Below are positions 27,732 through 41,075 of a stretch of DNA of 64,000 nt, in pieces (position 1 is the stretch's first letter; every line of letters begins with the position of its first letter). Made by a program: the position numbers and the translations under genes. Source of the stretch: Octopus sinensis (lineage: Eukaryota). The DNA lies in the NCBI RefSeq assembly GCF_006345805.1, contig NC_043000.1, positions 106,764,001 to 106,828,000 on the forward strand, in the 5' to 3' direction. Under the pieces are notes generated by a model. The model saw only the letters and a program-made list of their open reading frames with translations. It did not search any database and was not told where the DNA came from.

Positions 27732-28980
27732 ATAACATTAGAGGAAAAATCAAAACCAAAGCAGAACGAGTATCTCAAGTCATTTAGAATAATTTAACTA
27801 GGGTAAGGTGGATTTGAAGTCTTACAGCTGTTTCTGGGATAACCCAAGTAATTGGTTGGCATGTAGGTGCATTGGGCACCTCATATAATATATACAAGCT
27901 ATAACAGAACACTAATACGCATCCCTAGATCCGAGCAAATTGCCGCTAAGCATTTTTTCCGGTGTGCTAATGATTCTGCCAGCTCGTCTACACACACGCA
28001 CACACATATCTGATATATGTATCGAATATATTAGATGCCGTCGTTGAAATTAAGATATTGGTGACAAAAACGAAGAACATCTGATGTATCACAAAATATT
28101 AAACGTTCATATTTATCCTAATAACAAGTGACCTCAGAAGAAGGTTAGCAACGTAACGGTTTACGTCATTAGTTACCGTAAGTGCGTTACATTTACAAAG
28201 ACTCATGCATATGCACACACATACAAGCATATACTTACATATGCATATACACATACATTCATATATGCATACATGCGTACGTACGCATTCATATGTGCAC
28301 GCACAATTAGATGCGTGTGTATGTGTGTGTGTGTGTGTGTATTTGGCGTGTTTGCGCATGCGTAAATACGTGTGCATAGGGCAATGAATTATGGAGTAAT
28401 TTACCTATGAGCGAATTACACACACAAGCACACACACAGACACACACACACATACACACACACAACTATATGCATATTGTTCAGGAGATATCATACTAAA
28501 AATTGACTTATAAATTATTTAGTAATTTAGTAATAGAACTTAATTTAATTATTTTTACTGAAAACTAACAAATTTGCTACACACAGCATTTCATACAGAT
28601 TAAAGTAAATAAATACGTGAATTGATAAGATGAAAATATAGATGTATACAGGTAGATGAATTGATTGGTGGATACGTAAATACACAAACACAAAAAGAGA
28701 TGGAAAGCTATGTGTGTATGTATGTATGTATGTATGTATGTATGTATGTATGCATGTACGTATGTATGCAGATAGGTGGGTAGGTAGTGAGGGAGGGAGG
28801 TAGATAGGTAGGTAGATAGCTAGGGAGAGAAATAAAGAGCAGTTTATATGTATGTATGTATATATAAGCACCTATGATATATATATATATATGATATATA
28901 TGATATATATATATAGGCATATGTTAAAATCACATATATGCAGTAGGTGCATATATATTCCATTACCTTACCTTTACCTT

Positions 28981-29042
<62 letters not shown>

Positions 29043-29907
29043 TGTGTGTGTACATGTATTATATACATTATATATATATTTGTATATACATATTATATGT
29101 ATTATATATAAATATGTGTGTGCTTGCGTGTATATATATATATATACATATAGATAATATATATGTATACACACACATATATATATATACATATATACGT
29201 GTGTATATGTATGTATGTAATACGTATAATCTGTGTGTGTATAAAGGTGTGTTCCATAAAACATTTTCTTTAGCACATACAGGAAGAAGAAAGACACCAA
29301 GTCTGGCTCACAAGCCTAAAGTTTTTTTTTTCTATTTAAATATAATTTGCTGACAGGGAAAAAATACTGAGTAAAAAATTTCCCTCTGGATATCGTTAAT
29401 GTATTTTACACTTGTAAAAGATATATGCATATATATGTATTTGTATGTATATAGTATAAGTATTCGTATTTCTCTATATATTTAGGAGCGTCAGTGTGGG
29501 TAGCACGTCATCTAAAGACGTTATGTTTCAGGTGTCACAAGTCACAACACGACGAAGCAGTCTATCGGTTCGCTTGAAGTTATCTGCAGACGGTGGAAGA
29601 TTCATAATTAAATGAGGAAAGATTTCTAAAGCAACACCTATAAGTGTTAATTCAGAAATCTTTGATCTTTTAATTCACTTAACTTTTAATTAATTTACTT
29701 TTTTGCAAATTACAAAATATTCAGCTGTATGCTACGAGAGACAGTGTATTGTTAACTATGTCTCAATCTGGGTAATGTGCTTTTCTCTTATAAATATATA
29801 GAAAAATGTCTTATGAGTCAACATTCATCTATCATAAATTCAATTAACAGATTTGCAACTTTTATGTGAACATGTAGATTTAAACAGATCTCATTATTAT
29901 AACTTAC

Positions 29908-30020
29908 GCAGGAGTTAAATGTTTTCACGTAGGAGTTTAGTTTTTCTTGTATTACGTTTGCATAAACAATTGTTTCTGTATATTCTGTATATTGTTGTGA
30001 TTGTGTCATGTCTTTATATA
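29908..30020 (-). promoter_or_regulatory. Candidate TATA promoter and short non-coding first exon of the neuropeptide gene
   Basis: TATATAAA at 30020-30013, a donor c|gtaagt at 29908/29907 about 105 nt downstream, and an in-frame stop before the junction, consistent with ATG 24419 as start. TGACG half-site at 30077-30081. Confidence 0.3.
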
Positions 30021-30127
30021 TCTTATTAGTGTTGACAGGTGACAGAAATAAAGTGCCGGAACGTTTTTCCCTAGGGCGTCAGTCACTATATATATATACT
30101 ATGCAGAGTGTATATATATATATATAT

Positions 30128-30350
30128 ATAGGGAGAATTCACGAAAAAAACAAAAGACGAAGACAGGTGGTGTAGAAAACAAACAGATGTATTAGTATAA
30201 CGCTCGGGAATTGAAAAAGTATTTAACGTTTCGAGCCTACGCTCTTCCACAGAAAAGAACACAGAAAGAAACAAGGAGAGAAACAAGGAGAGAAAAAAGG
30301 AGAGAAAAATAGGAGAGAAAAATGTGTGTAGTGGCTATCGATCTATCATG
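30128..30350 (-). mobile_element. Penelope-like 3' terminal repeat fragment
   Basis: ctgtggaagagcgtaggctcgaaacgtt...ttctccc followed by (TA)n; second copy at 54140-54290. Confidence 0.6.
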
Positions 30351-30769
30351 TACATCTCATAACACGGAACCTATTACCTAACCTGAGGAGGTTTTTTTCT
30401 GCACTATGGAGTACATTCGATTCCATCATATCGTTCACTACTCACTAGGGAGTTCAGCAGAAGTTAGCCGAAACGATCGTTGTGCTTAATAAAACTTCGA
30501 GTACAATGCTATAAAACTTCCAGTACAGTCTTCCATATATATATTTTTTTCTCTCTCATATTTACACAAGTTTAGCGGAAGACGGATTGAGTACGAATCT
30601 TTGTTCAGCACGAAGTTCATTTCGGGACATCCTGCATCTGTCCCATAGGATGTTGTGCATCTGGATTCGTTGCATCAATCAGTGCAGGCTGTGTCATTTC
30701 AGGTGCTTGGTGTAGAAAAACATCCCACTAGATATACTGAGATCTTCTTGGCATGTTGTTCTGGTTAGT

Positions 30770-31120
30770 TGTACGTTGGTACACTGCCAGAGCGTTATTC
30801 GCCGGCAACGAGAAAGCAATCATACTCTGGGATATAGCAATACACACAGATAGAGAAATCTAGGCTAATAGACCAGATATAGTCGTCAGAGGTCGCTAAG
30901 AAAAAATGCCTTCAAGTCGATATATGAATACCAACAGATGACAGTGTATCTCTAAAAGAAACAGAAACTCTCAAAGTACAAATATTTGGAAATAGAGGTA
31001 ATTCGAATGTAGAGCCTAAAAACAGAAACAATTCCTATTATTGTAGGTGCATTAGGTATAATAAAAAAAACATTCAGACAAATACATAACCAAAACACCA
31101 GGACATACAAATGTATATAA
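30770..31120 (+). mobile_element. Dong/R4-clade LINE RLE fragment
   Basis: NEKAIILWDIAIHTDREI*ANRPDIVV...SKYK.LEIEV...TIPIIVGALGII, degenerate. Confidence 0.85.
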
Positions 31121-31124
31121 CAAA

Positions 31125-31290
31125 ATCGAATTTGAAGGCATTTGAACTCAAAATGTAAAGCCGGAAGAAATGCCGCTAAGCATTTTTCCCAAAGTGCTAC
31201 CGATTCTGCCAGGTCACCGCTTAAGAAACCGTAATAATACTGATTTCAAATGTTAGCACAAGGACAGCTCGCCGCGTTAGAAGACCCGTA
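31125..31290 (-). mobile_element. Family B SINE fragment
   Basis: tttgaactc...gccgctaagcattt...gattctgccag. Confidence 0.75.
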
Positions 31291-33394
31291 ATAATATCAG
31301 AAATTATAGCAATTTTTATTTTTGACTTTATTTGTGTCACCTGGATACATTTATTCATTTATTTTAAAATTATTTATTTAATGTTTGCTATGCCTCTTAT
31401 CGAATCTCACATATGTTTCATAAATTTAGCAGACTAGCAGTAAAACGAATAAAACTTCTCCCGACATGTTAAGAACGAAATCATTATAATCTCCATGCGT
31501 GCCTATGTATTTTCTCTCACTTTCAATTTATGTGGCTATAGAAAGTTTCGTGGTGTTGTCTTTTTTTTTGTTTTCCTTCAGTTTATTGAACTGTCGTAAA
31601 TAACAAACGAGTTGTTTCAATGCTTCCAATAAGACATAAGCCTCCACTTCCCCACACATACACATAGAGGAATACATACACAAACACACAGATATACTCA
31701 CAGATATATGGATACAGATATACATACAGGTATATCCATACGTGCACAATCACAGAAGAATATATGCACAAACAGAAATATAGAATACATATACATACGT
31801 ATACATACATATACACTCATAGACAGTTATATACGTACACACACACTAGAATACACTCAAGCATATGCATACAGACATATGCACTCAGGTGTACACAAAC
31901 ACACAATGGAGAGCATGTACAAACACATATAGAGGAATATAGCACGAACACACATTGAGAAATACGCACATACACAAAAAACAGACATGCGCATACATAC
32001 GCACTCGGGTATACACATATGCTCAAACACACTCAGAGGATTACATGCACAGGAATACGAACATATACATACATACAGGCATACATAATCAGGTATGCAG
32101 ATGCGTGCATAATCACACACAGATACGCACAAATACATACACAGGTATTCATACGCACACACAATAGTGATTGCATATATGAACACACTTACTACATACA
32201 TGCATACATACAAACGCACGCACACATACATACATGCATACATAATACATACATACATGCAAGCATATATACATTCATATATACATATATACATACAAAC
32301 AAATATACATACATATATATATACATACACTCTAGCATTCTCACAGGTGTACGTGCGCAGAAATAGATACATAGGTGAACAGACAAGGTATTTGTGTACT
32401 TGGGTCTTGTGGTCCCTTAAAACTGGTGACCTTGAGATCGATCCTTCTAGGAAGGAGTAACTAGGAAAAAATTATCTCCGTTTGTGCCCCGCCATTTTCA
32501 CAGTCCTAACTGGGCTCCTCCTTTGAGAAGCACTGATCTAAAGAATCGCCTGCGCTAAAATTAACACCTGTCTGAAACATTAAGGTGACAGATTAACAGT
32601 CGAAAAGTTGTGCCCACCTGTGTTCCGGTTTGTAAATTTATACAGACACATGTACAAAAACATATAGAGCAATACATGCGCGCACATATACACACACACA
32701 CATAAATGATTACTTACATAAAGCTACCACACATAAAGCACACACACGCACGCACTGACACACACACGCACGCACACAAACGCATACTGGTATACCCAGA
32801 GGCATATGTATGCACACATGCACACACTTATAGACGATTATTTATATAAACATACATATATACACCGCGCACACACATTCACATACACATACAATCTCTC
32901 ACACACACACATTCAATCACACACACATATACAATCACACACATATACACATAGAGGAAGCATTAAACGAAACAAAAAATGAAACTGAAACATTTTATAG
33001 TTTAACTTTCAGCAGTTGCCAATAAGTTGTTTTTTTTTAAATATTTGTTTGTGCTTATTTTATCAATTTATCAATTTATTCTGGGCAACAAACATTTTTT
33101 TCTTTTCAAAAAGCAAAAATTGTTATAAATCAGATTTTTCTAATAAATATTAATGTCCTCACTATTCAAGATAAATCCAGTAATTGTAAACACCATCACC
33201 AAGACCACTACCAACGACATAAACAAATGGTATAAGAATATATATCAAAATGGTGGCATGAATAAGAAGACAAGGGTGGTGCATGGCGGTATTGATGGTG
33301 CGTCGAACAAAATGTCTTAGATTTAGTTATTCCACCTTATGTCGCTGATATTGACTTTGTCTCCGATCCTTCCTTTTAGAGGTTGAAGCTTGCA

Positions 33395-33775
33395 TGTGTA
33401 GTTAAGAAGATTGCTTCCCACCCATTTTGTCTTGGATTCAGTTCCACTGCGTGGCACCTTGGGTGTCTTCTGCTATAGTCTCGGGCCGACCAAAGCCTTG
33501 TGAGTGGATTTGGTAGATGGAAATTGAAAGAAGCCTGTCGTGTATAAATGTGTGTGTTGTGTATGTGTGTATGTATGTCTTTGTGTTGTGTTTGTGTCCC
33601 GCCACCTTTTGACAACCGGTCAAACTGTGGTGGGACACAAACGGTTCGTCAAAATATCTCGATACAGTAAGTATCAGACTTGTAAATAAGCACTGGGGTC
33701 GATTTGTTTCACTAAACCCTTCAAGGCAATGCCCCAGCCGCAGTGCAATGACCGAAACAAATAAAAGATAGAAAA
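33395..33775 (+). mobile_element. Family A SINE with internal local inversion
   Basis: Consensus segments present; 33591-33641 forms a hairpin absent from other copies. Confidence 0.85.
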
Positions 33776-34019
33776 ATATCAATGAAATATTGAGGTTGAT
33801 ATAATCGATTATATCATCGCCTGGCGTAGCTAAGATATGTGACTACGTGTCAATCTTGGGAATTATCTGAGGGTAATGGCAAGGCTATTCCAGTAAAAAA
33901 ATAACTAATTATATTCGAATATTTGGCTTGTGGTTCACGCTTTCCTTTTATGATTCCACTAGTTTTCCAAATTTCCCTTCATTTTTCTGACGCCAATTAA
34001 ATAAATCTGCTTTAGGCGT

Positions 34020-34420
34020 AAGAGAAGCAATTTTTAGGGGAGGGGGTTAGTTATGCCAACTACCCCTGTACTTAATTGATACTTTATTTTACAGATCCTG
34101 AAGGGATTAAAGACAAAACTGACATATCAACATTAAACATTTTAAACTCAAAATGCGAACATAAAGAGCCGGAAAAAATAGTATGAAGAAAAATTTCTGG
34201 CGATCTAACAATTCTGCCTTAATAAAATAGTGGCTTTTAATTTAAGCACTGACCAGTAGTTGCAAAGGGGTGCGTTAGTTGATATCATCTACCCCAGCAC
34301 TTGACAAGTACTTTACTTTGTTGGCCCCGAAATGATGAAAGACAAAATTTGACCTGGACAGGAATTGAACTCAGAACATTAAACGTTATAATTCGGAACA
34401 AATACTATTCTGCCGCAATC
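34020..34420 (-). mobile_element. Two degenerate family B SINEs
   Basis: Degenerate reverse-complement copies with gaactcagaac and attctgcc motifs. Confidence 0.6.
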
Positions 34421-35066
34421 TCTACATAATGCTAGCCGATATATATATCTATATGTTGGTTGGTTGATTTACATCGTATAGAGAGAGGGGTGATACAGTA
34501 AAAAGAGATACAGAGACATTTATTATAACAGGCGCATGATGAATGCACATACTAGGTATAGTGGCAGACAGTGAGTAAAGGAACGCTATACGCACACAGT
34601 GAGAGAGAAAGCATCATAAAGAGAGGAGGAAGAGGAGGAGGTAAATGGGAGAGTAGTTACGGGGTGTGGGCGTAATCGAAATGAGAAATTTGTTTCATTT
34701 AATTTTATTTGGAAGTAATAGATATTTTTCATTTTAGAATTAGTATATATTTCATCATTTTATAAAACCATAAAGAAATTTGATAAAAATTAAATCACGC
34801 AAAACACCCATATTTGTTGCTGAAAGAACAAAAAAAAAAGACAAGTGTAACTCATGGGTTATCATGAAACCAGAAATCTAGTTATGATGCTTACTACAAA
34901 GTGGACACGACTAAAGGCAACCAAGAGCCATGATGGAGGCATTAAATTGGTTGATGGGTTAAGTCTAACATTAGAAAATATGTGTAAAAATTCATCTAGC
35001 AGGCCAGCGAAACTTTAGGCCGCATGGGACCGAATCAAATTGTTTTAAATAATAATAATAATAATA

Positions 35067-35123
<57 letters not shown>

Positions 35124-35128
<5 letters not shown>

Positions 35129-35285
35129 GTGCTTGAGTGTTGAGTGTCTTTCACGATAAGTTAACATCCAAGTACCAAAGTTTATAATTTGTGGAAAGAG
35201 ACTCTGTGAGATCTTTAACAATAAGCTGCCGTCCGTTTTCACGGAATCAACAAGTGTAAGACCGAGAGCTCTGAGAAGTAAAATG
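35124..35285 (+). mobile_element. Dong/R4 extreme 3' end (same subfamily as 25645-26070)
   Basis: aatggtgcttgagtgttgagtgtc...ccaagtaccaaag...gagactctgtgaga aligns by eye to ~25900-26000; flanked on both sides by (TAA)n-type arrays. Confidence 0.6.
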
Positions 35286-35344
35286 ATAATAATAATAACA
35301 ACAACAACAACAACTACTACTACTGCTACTACAACAACAACAGC

Positions 35345-35790
35345 AGCAAATATTCTGCTCAATACCAGAGATTTGCTCGATAGTTGTTTGACATTAATCA
35401 GTTGAGCATGTCCCTTAGTGGCTGACGATATGTGTATTTTTGATCACAAGCAGAAGTAGTGGGGGAGTATCATAGCTTTGTGTTGAGAGGAATTCTTTGG
35501 GGGTTTGGAGAATTTACCTCTGGAAACATGGGTGTTTCGTTCAACATCCTTAAGCAACCCTTATTCAGGGACCTTTTTAGCGGGATGGGCTACGCGACCT
35601 GAAGAAAATTCTAACTGGGCGCCACCAGAAAGGGTCATGCGTTGCTTATCTTGATATGAGATCGCCATGTCGCGCACATTATGTCTGTGGTACATGTGCC
35701 TGGTGTACCCTTAACGGACGGGTAGTCACGATGAGTATGTTGCGCTTCGTATCACTTGATGTCACTTTGATGGCATGCACGGCTCTCTCA
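35345..35790 (+). repeat. Family D non-coding interspersed repeat embedded in trinucleotide arrays
   Basis: Homologous by eye to 46820-47165 and 48783-49065 (ggctgacgatatgtg...ggaaacatgggtgtttcgttcaacat...cttgatatgagatc...gtgcctggtgtaccctt). Confidence 0.85.
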
Positions 35791-35795
35791 CTGAA

Positions 35796-35836
<41 letters not shown>

Positions 35837-35841
35837 ATACT

Positions 35842-35887
<46 letters not shown>

Positions 35888-36852
35888 TATGTGTGCGTAT
35901 CTATGTATGTGTGTATGTGTCTGTGTGCGTATCCTATGTGTATATGTAGATATGAATAAATATATCACACGCTACTATATAAACCACCCACGATGCGAAT
36001 GACATAAATCAAATGCATACCTATCAAAGAATACATGAATATATCAAAAATTTCCTTAAATAGAACACAAAACATTGTAACAAACTATAATGGAAACACT
36101 AATAATATTTTATGAATACTAAATATAAAAACTTCTCAATAACAAACCACAGGCATGTAAACCCAAGTAAGTTATTAATGACAAATGTTATTTACGACTT
36201 CGATTTGCAAACGTGAATCTTATAAACTTTATACTGGTCATATATGTATGATACTATCACGCCGATGCTGCATGCTCTCACAACAAGGAGTAATTTCAAT
36301 GCACTATATCATTCATATAAAACAAAAACTAATTAGGAAAACATTAGTAAACAACACATCTATACTATATAGAATTCTACACAATAATGGAAAATTAAGA
36401 ATGGAATGATAATAGAATAACACATATACTTCAGCGCAATAAATATATAAATATCATAAAATAATCATAAAGAAACACTAAAACACTTGACCGATGATGT
36501 ATAAATCTTATGGTCAAAATCTCGAATACCTATGATAATGCCTACATCAATCACATTAGAACTGCATAGTAAGAACAGACAGCGACACAAACCAACATCA
36601 CTTCATCAAAATAATGAAACGTATAGGAAATGTTAATGATCTAGGAAGTTCACTGTTCTGCACAAACCATAAACTAAATATCAAAATATGAAGATATAAA
36701 ATATGAAAAACTCGCGATAAAGATAATAAAACTAGAATGGTTTCAATACAATGCATGCACTCTTCACATAAACTCGCAACACCTCTCATATCTATATCTA
36801 TATATCTATATCTATATCTTTGTCTATATATCTATATCTATATCTATATCTA

Positions 36853-36904
<52 letters not shown>

Positions 36905-37514
36905 GATCTTTTTTTCCTCTTCCCCTTTTCCCCCTTTTTTCTTCTTTTTTCATTTCTCTTTTCTTTTGTTCCTTTTCCTTTTCTTTTTATTCTTTTTATT
37001 TTTTATTTTTTATTTTATTTATTTATTTTTTTGTTCTTTTCTTCCCTTTTACGATCCCTCTTGATCGAAAACCTACGCCACCCTTTTTTTCCTTTCTTTT
37101 GTTTTTTGTTTTCTTCATCTCCCAAAAGAAAAGCTCTACCTTGTAACTTGTCCCATCTGTGTGCAGCCCTGTGTGGCCAATAAAGAAACTTATCTATCTA
37201 TCTATTTATCTATCTATCTATATATATACACATACACACACACACACACACATATATATATCTATATATACACACATATGTACACATATATATATGTATA
37301 TATGTGTATGTATGTACGTACGTATGTATGTGTATATTTCAAAAAGACATAGAAAGGGAGAAAGTGTGCGGAATTATATTTCACAGCTGGAAATAATTTT
37401 TATGTGCAAAGTGATTGGGGAGAAGTATCAATAAAAGTGAAAAGTATTAGATTTAGAATGATAATATATAACAGCAAGATACACTTCAGAAAATAATTAA
37501 ATCATATATACGTA

Positions 37515-37597
<83 letters not shown>

Positions 37598-37683
37598 TAT
37601 ATATATGTATATATATATATAAAACTGAAAAATTGTAAAAGATAAGAGATAAATATATATATATATATCTTTTTTTCTTTTAT

Positions 37684-37905
37684 CTTTTATTTGTTTCAGT
37701 CACTTAACTGTTGCCATGCTGGCGCATCGCCTTGAGGGTTTTATTTAGTTGAATAAATCTACTCCAGGACTAATTTTTATAAAAACCTTGTACTTATGCC
37801 ATCGCTTTCTTGTGCCGAACAGCTAAGTTACCGGAATATAAACACACCAACACAGATTGTCAAGAATTCGTGGGGGACGAACACAAAAACAAAGACACAC
37901 ACTTA
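37684..37905 (-). mobile_element. Family A SINE 3' half
   Basis: tttcagtcacttaactgttgccatgctgg...aaacacaccaac. Confidence 0.85.
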
Positions 37906-37912
37906 GATATAT

Positions 37913-37951
<39 letters not shown>

Positions 37952-38001
37952 ACATACACACACACACTCACACACACACATATATAAATTACAAAAATGT
38001 A

Positions 38002-38379
38002 CAGGTGTCAATTCATTGCGACTGTTTCAAGTAGCTCCATTTAATTGATTAATGAAAACATTACAACAATTTGCAAGAAACCCTTCTCGTCAGATGACCC
38101 CATAGAATTCAAACATGAAGGATAAACTATTTTTTAACAAATTTACATCAGTAAGGGAAGCCAAAATGCTTACATTGTTTCCTTTTTTTATATATCTGTG
38201 GCAGAATGAGTTTAGAAAATAAAGCATACCTTGATAAGACTGCCATAATTCAAAGAGTCTCTAAATGATGGTAGCCTATGTAGTCATCTGACGAGAACGG
38301 TTTCTTTCAAATTGATGTAATGTTTTCATTAATCAATTAAATGGAGCCGCTTGAAACGGGCGTAATGAATTGACACCGG
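38002..38379. mobile_element. MITE, Tc1/mariner-like, ~97-bp TIRs
   Basis: 38002-38098 (ta|caggtgtcaattcatt...cgtcagatgac) is the near-perfect reverse complement of 38283-38379. Confidence 0.9.
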
Positions 38380-38711
38380 TTCATTTTTATTACTTATTTA
38401 TATTCTGCTCACCTAAATTGGAATCTACACTTCGGAAATACTATAGAAAGGACCTTTATATAAAAAGTACATCTCTGAATTACCAAGAGCGGATATTTTC
38501 ACTTAGATGGGTTGCGTAGTCTATGCACAGGACAGGAAATTGGAGTATAAATACCCTTACACGGAGTTTTGATATTCAATATTCAAATAAATATTGTTGG
38601 GGTCTGCAAATGATACCGAACTAGCAGGGAGCCTAAATTTAAGTACGTAATTCAACAGAATCTTAATCATATTGTGTACGTGTATGTATGTACATATATA
38701 TATATATATAT

Positions 38712-38873
38712 GGAGCATACAAAAATAATTTCAAGTGCAAGCTTTGTCTATTAGAAAAAATGTACATCTTATTCAAAGACAATAATTCTTTGAATCAAAG
38801 AAGTGAGCTAATGAACTTATGTACGCACGCGGCTAAATTTAAAATGTCGAATATAAATATACCATATGGATAG
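38712..38873 (+). mobile_element. Penelope-like element C-terminal (GIY-YIG region) fragment
   Basis: AYKNNFKCKLCLLEKMYIL...LNQRSELMNLCTH matches the C.LCL.EK..I....LN.RSE....C.H terminus of PLE ORFs. Confidence 0.8.
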
Positions 38874-39960
38874 AGTATATATTTTGTATTTTTGATTTTG
38901 ATTTTGACTCTTGAACGATGAGCGCTACGATGGATTTTGTTTCCAAGCTATGCGGATCTTAATCCGTATAGCAAAGTCTTATGTTTCTACATATATATTA
39001 GGAAAAACCTCCAACATTGTTTTCATGTTATTGTATTGTATAGGATTACCTTGATTATTTATATTACCTTGATTATTTATAAATGACCCAAAATAGGATG
39101 TTATATTTTATTTTATATGTCTTTCGTATATATTTTTATTAATGCACCCATTTTTTTTAAAAAAAAGCAATGTTTTTTTTAAAAAAAAGCAATGTTGTCA
39201 AAATTAGAACGTTGATATAAGTATGTGTATAGCAAAGCATATGTATTTGTAAGCATGCGTATCTGTGTATGTGTAAGTGAAAGTATGTCTGTGCTTAAGC
39301 ACACATATACACGACTGTATGTATATGTATCCATTCAAACTTGTGTATGTATACTTGTCTCCATATATGCCAATAATGCCGTTACACTGCTTGTATACAT
39401 AATTTTTTCTTTTTTTTCTTATTTCGTTTTTTCCCCCACACCTCCTTCGTTCCTTTTTCTCTCTCTCCCTTTCTTTCGTCCCCCACCCTTACTCAGTATA
39501 TGAGAATCGCTACATAGATCATTTTTTAACTTGCGTGCGAGATGGTTTTGCGTGAATATATGTACACATGCTTTTATGTGTATATTTAGATTTATATTCA
39601 TACGTCTGTATATGTATGGCGTTTGCGCGCATAATTTTGTGTATGTTGATATATATATGTAGATTTTAATATAAATATGTATTGCAGTGTAATATTTATA
39701 ACAGGTTTAATTTCTATGCATTAATTTGCACTTTCTTCATTAACGTCAATATGTATTTTATTCAATGTAAGGTTTTTTCCTCGGATTTTATAATTTTTAT
39801 AAGTTTTTTTTATATATATATACATATATTTTTGACCTTTTTGTTTATCGCTCGAAGATTGACCGTTTTTTCTAAAGGGCCAATCAAACAAGTCCATTTC
39901 TTTTTAAAGGTGTAGCGTTTGTAAGAGTATAGATTGAATTGATATATCGGTTCCATTCTA

Positions 39961-40012
39961 GCAAAAACTGTCTGATGAACGGCAACGAGAAACTCAGAGT
40001 AACAGATTTTGT
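39961..40012 (+). ncRNA. Type I hammerhead ribozyme (Penelope-type)
   Basis: gcaaaaactgt-CTGATGA-a-cg-GCAA-cg-a-GAAA-ctc-a-gag-TA-acagattttgt. Full core, stem I 10/11 paired, short stem II with GNRA loop, stem III ACTC/GAGT, predicted cleavage after GUA at 40001. Confidence 0.75.
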
Positions 40013-40050
40013 TGAATTTTCTGCTGCTTAAAATAAAGTATATATATATA

Positions 40051-40125
<75 letters not shown>

Positions 40126-40129
40126 TATA

Positions 40130-40548
40130 TATACGACGGACTTCTTTCAATTTCTATCTACCAAATCCACTCACAAGGTTCTAGTCGGCCCGAGGCTATA
40201 GCAGAAGGCAACCGCCCAAGCTGTCACGCAGTGGGACTGAACCTGGAACTAAGTGGTTGGGAAGCAGCTTCTAACGACTTAGTCATGCCTCCGCCTAGTT
40301 TCTTACCACACAGGCACGCATGTATGTATACGTATATTCTTTTATTCTCTTATTTGTTTCAGTCATTTGACTGCGGCGATGGTGGAGCACTGCTTTTAGT
40401 CGAACTAATCAACCCCAGAACTTATTGTTTGTAAGCTTGGTAGTTATTCTATCGGCCTCTTTTCCTGAACCACTAAGTTACGGGGACATAAACACACCAA
40501 CATCGGCTGTCGAGCGATGGTGGGGGACAAACAAAGACACACAAATGC

Positions 40549-40602
<54 letters not shown>

Positions 40603-40720
40603 CGACAGGTTCTTTACGGTTTCCATCTACCAAATCCACTCAAGGTGTCACGCAGTGGGACTGAACTCGGAACCATGTAGTTGGGAAGCAAGCTACTTAC
40701 CACATACCCACTCCTACGTC
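40130..40720 (-). mobile_element. Two adjacent family A SINEs (head fragment and near-complete copy)
   Basis: Head at ~40130-40320; tail-to-head copy at ~40335-40720. Confidence 0.85.
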
Positions 40721-40800
40721 TGTGTGTATATATATATAACACACATATGCATATATGTACACACACACACACACACACACACACAAATATATATTATATA

Positions 40801-40865
<65 letters not shown>

Positions 40866-40866
40866 C

Positions 40867-40899
<33 letters not shown>

Positions 40900-40934
40900 T
40901 GTATGTATGTATGCATGTATATATATATATATAT

Positions 40935-41006
40935 GGTGACCGGTAAATTCCACCGAGTAACTTTCATTCACCATTGGTGAAATTATCATCATTATTATTA
41001 TTGTTA

Positions 41007-41075
<69 letters not shown>

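Noticed and set aside
30455-30495. Hammerhead-like ccgaaacgatcgt
   Set aside because: No CUGANGA box upstream; at most a decayed PLE tail.
38413-38462. Alternative TATA plus gtgagc donor as neuropeptide exon 1
   Set aside because: The exon would be only ~20 nt and much farther away; cannot be excluded but is weaker than the 29908 candidate.
38947-38972. 11-bp hairpin gctatgcggat/atccgtatagc
   Set aside because: No flanking ribozyme core; probably part of the PLE 3' UTR.
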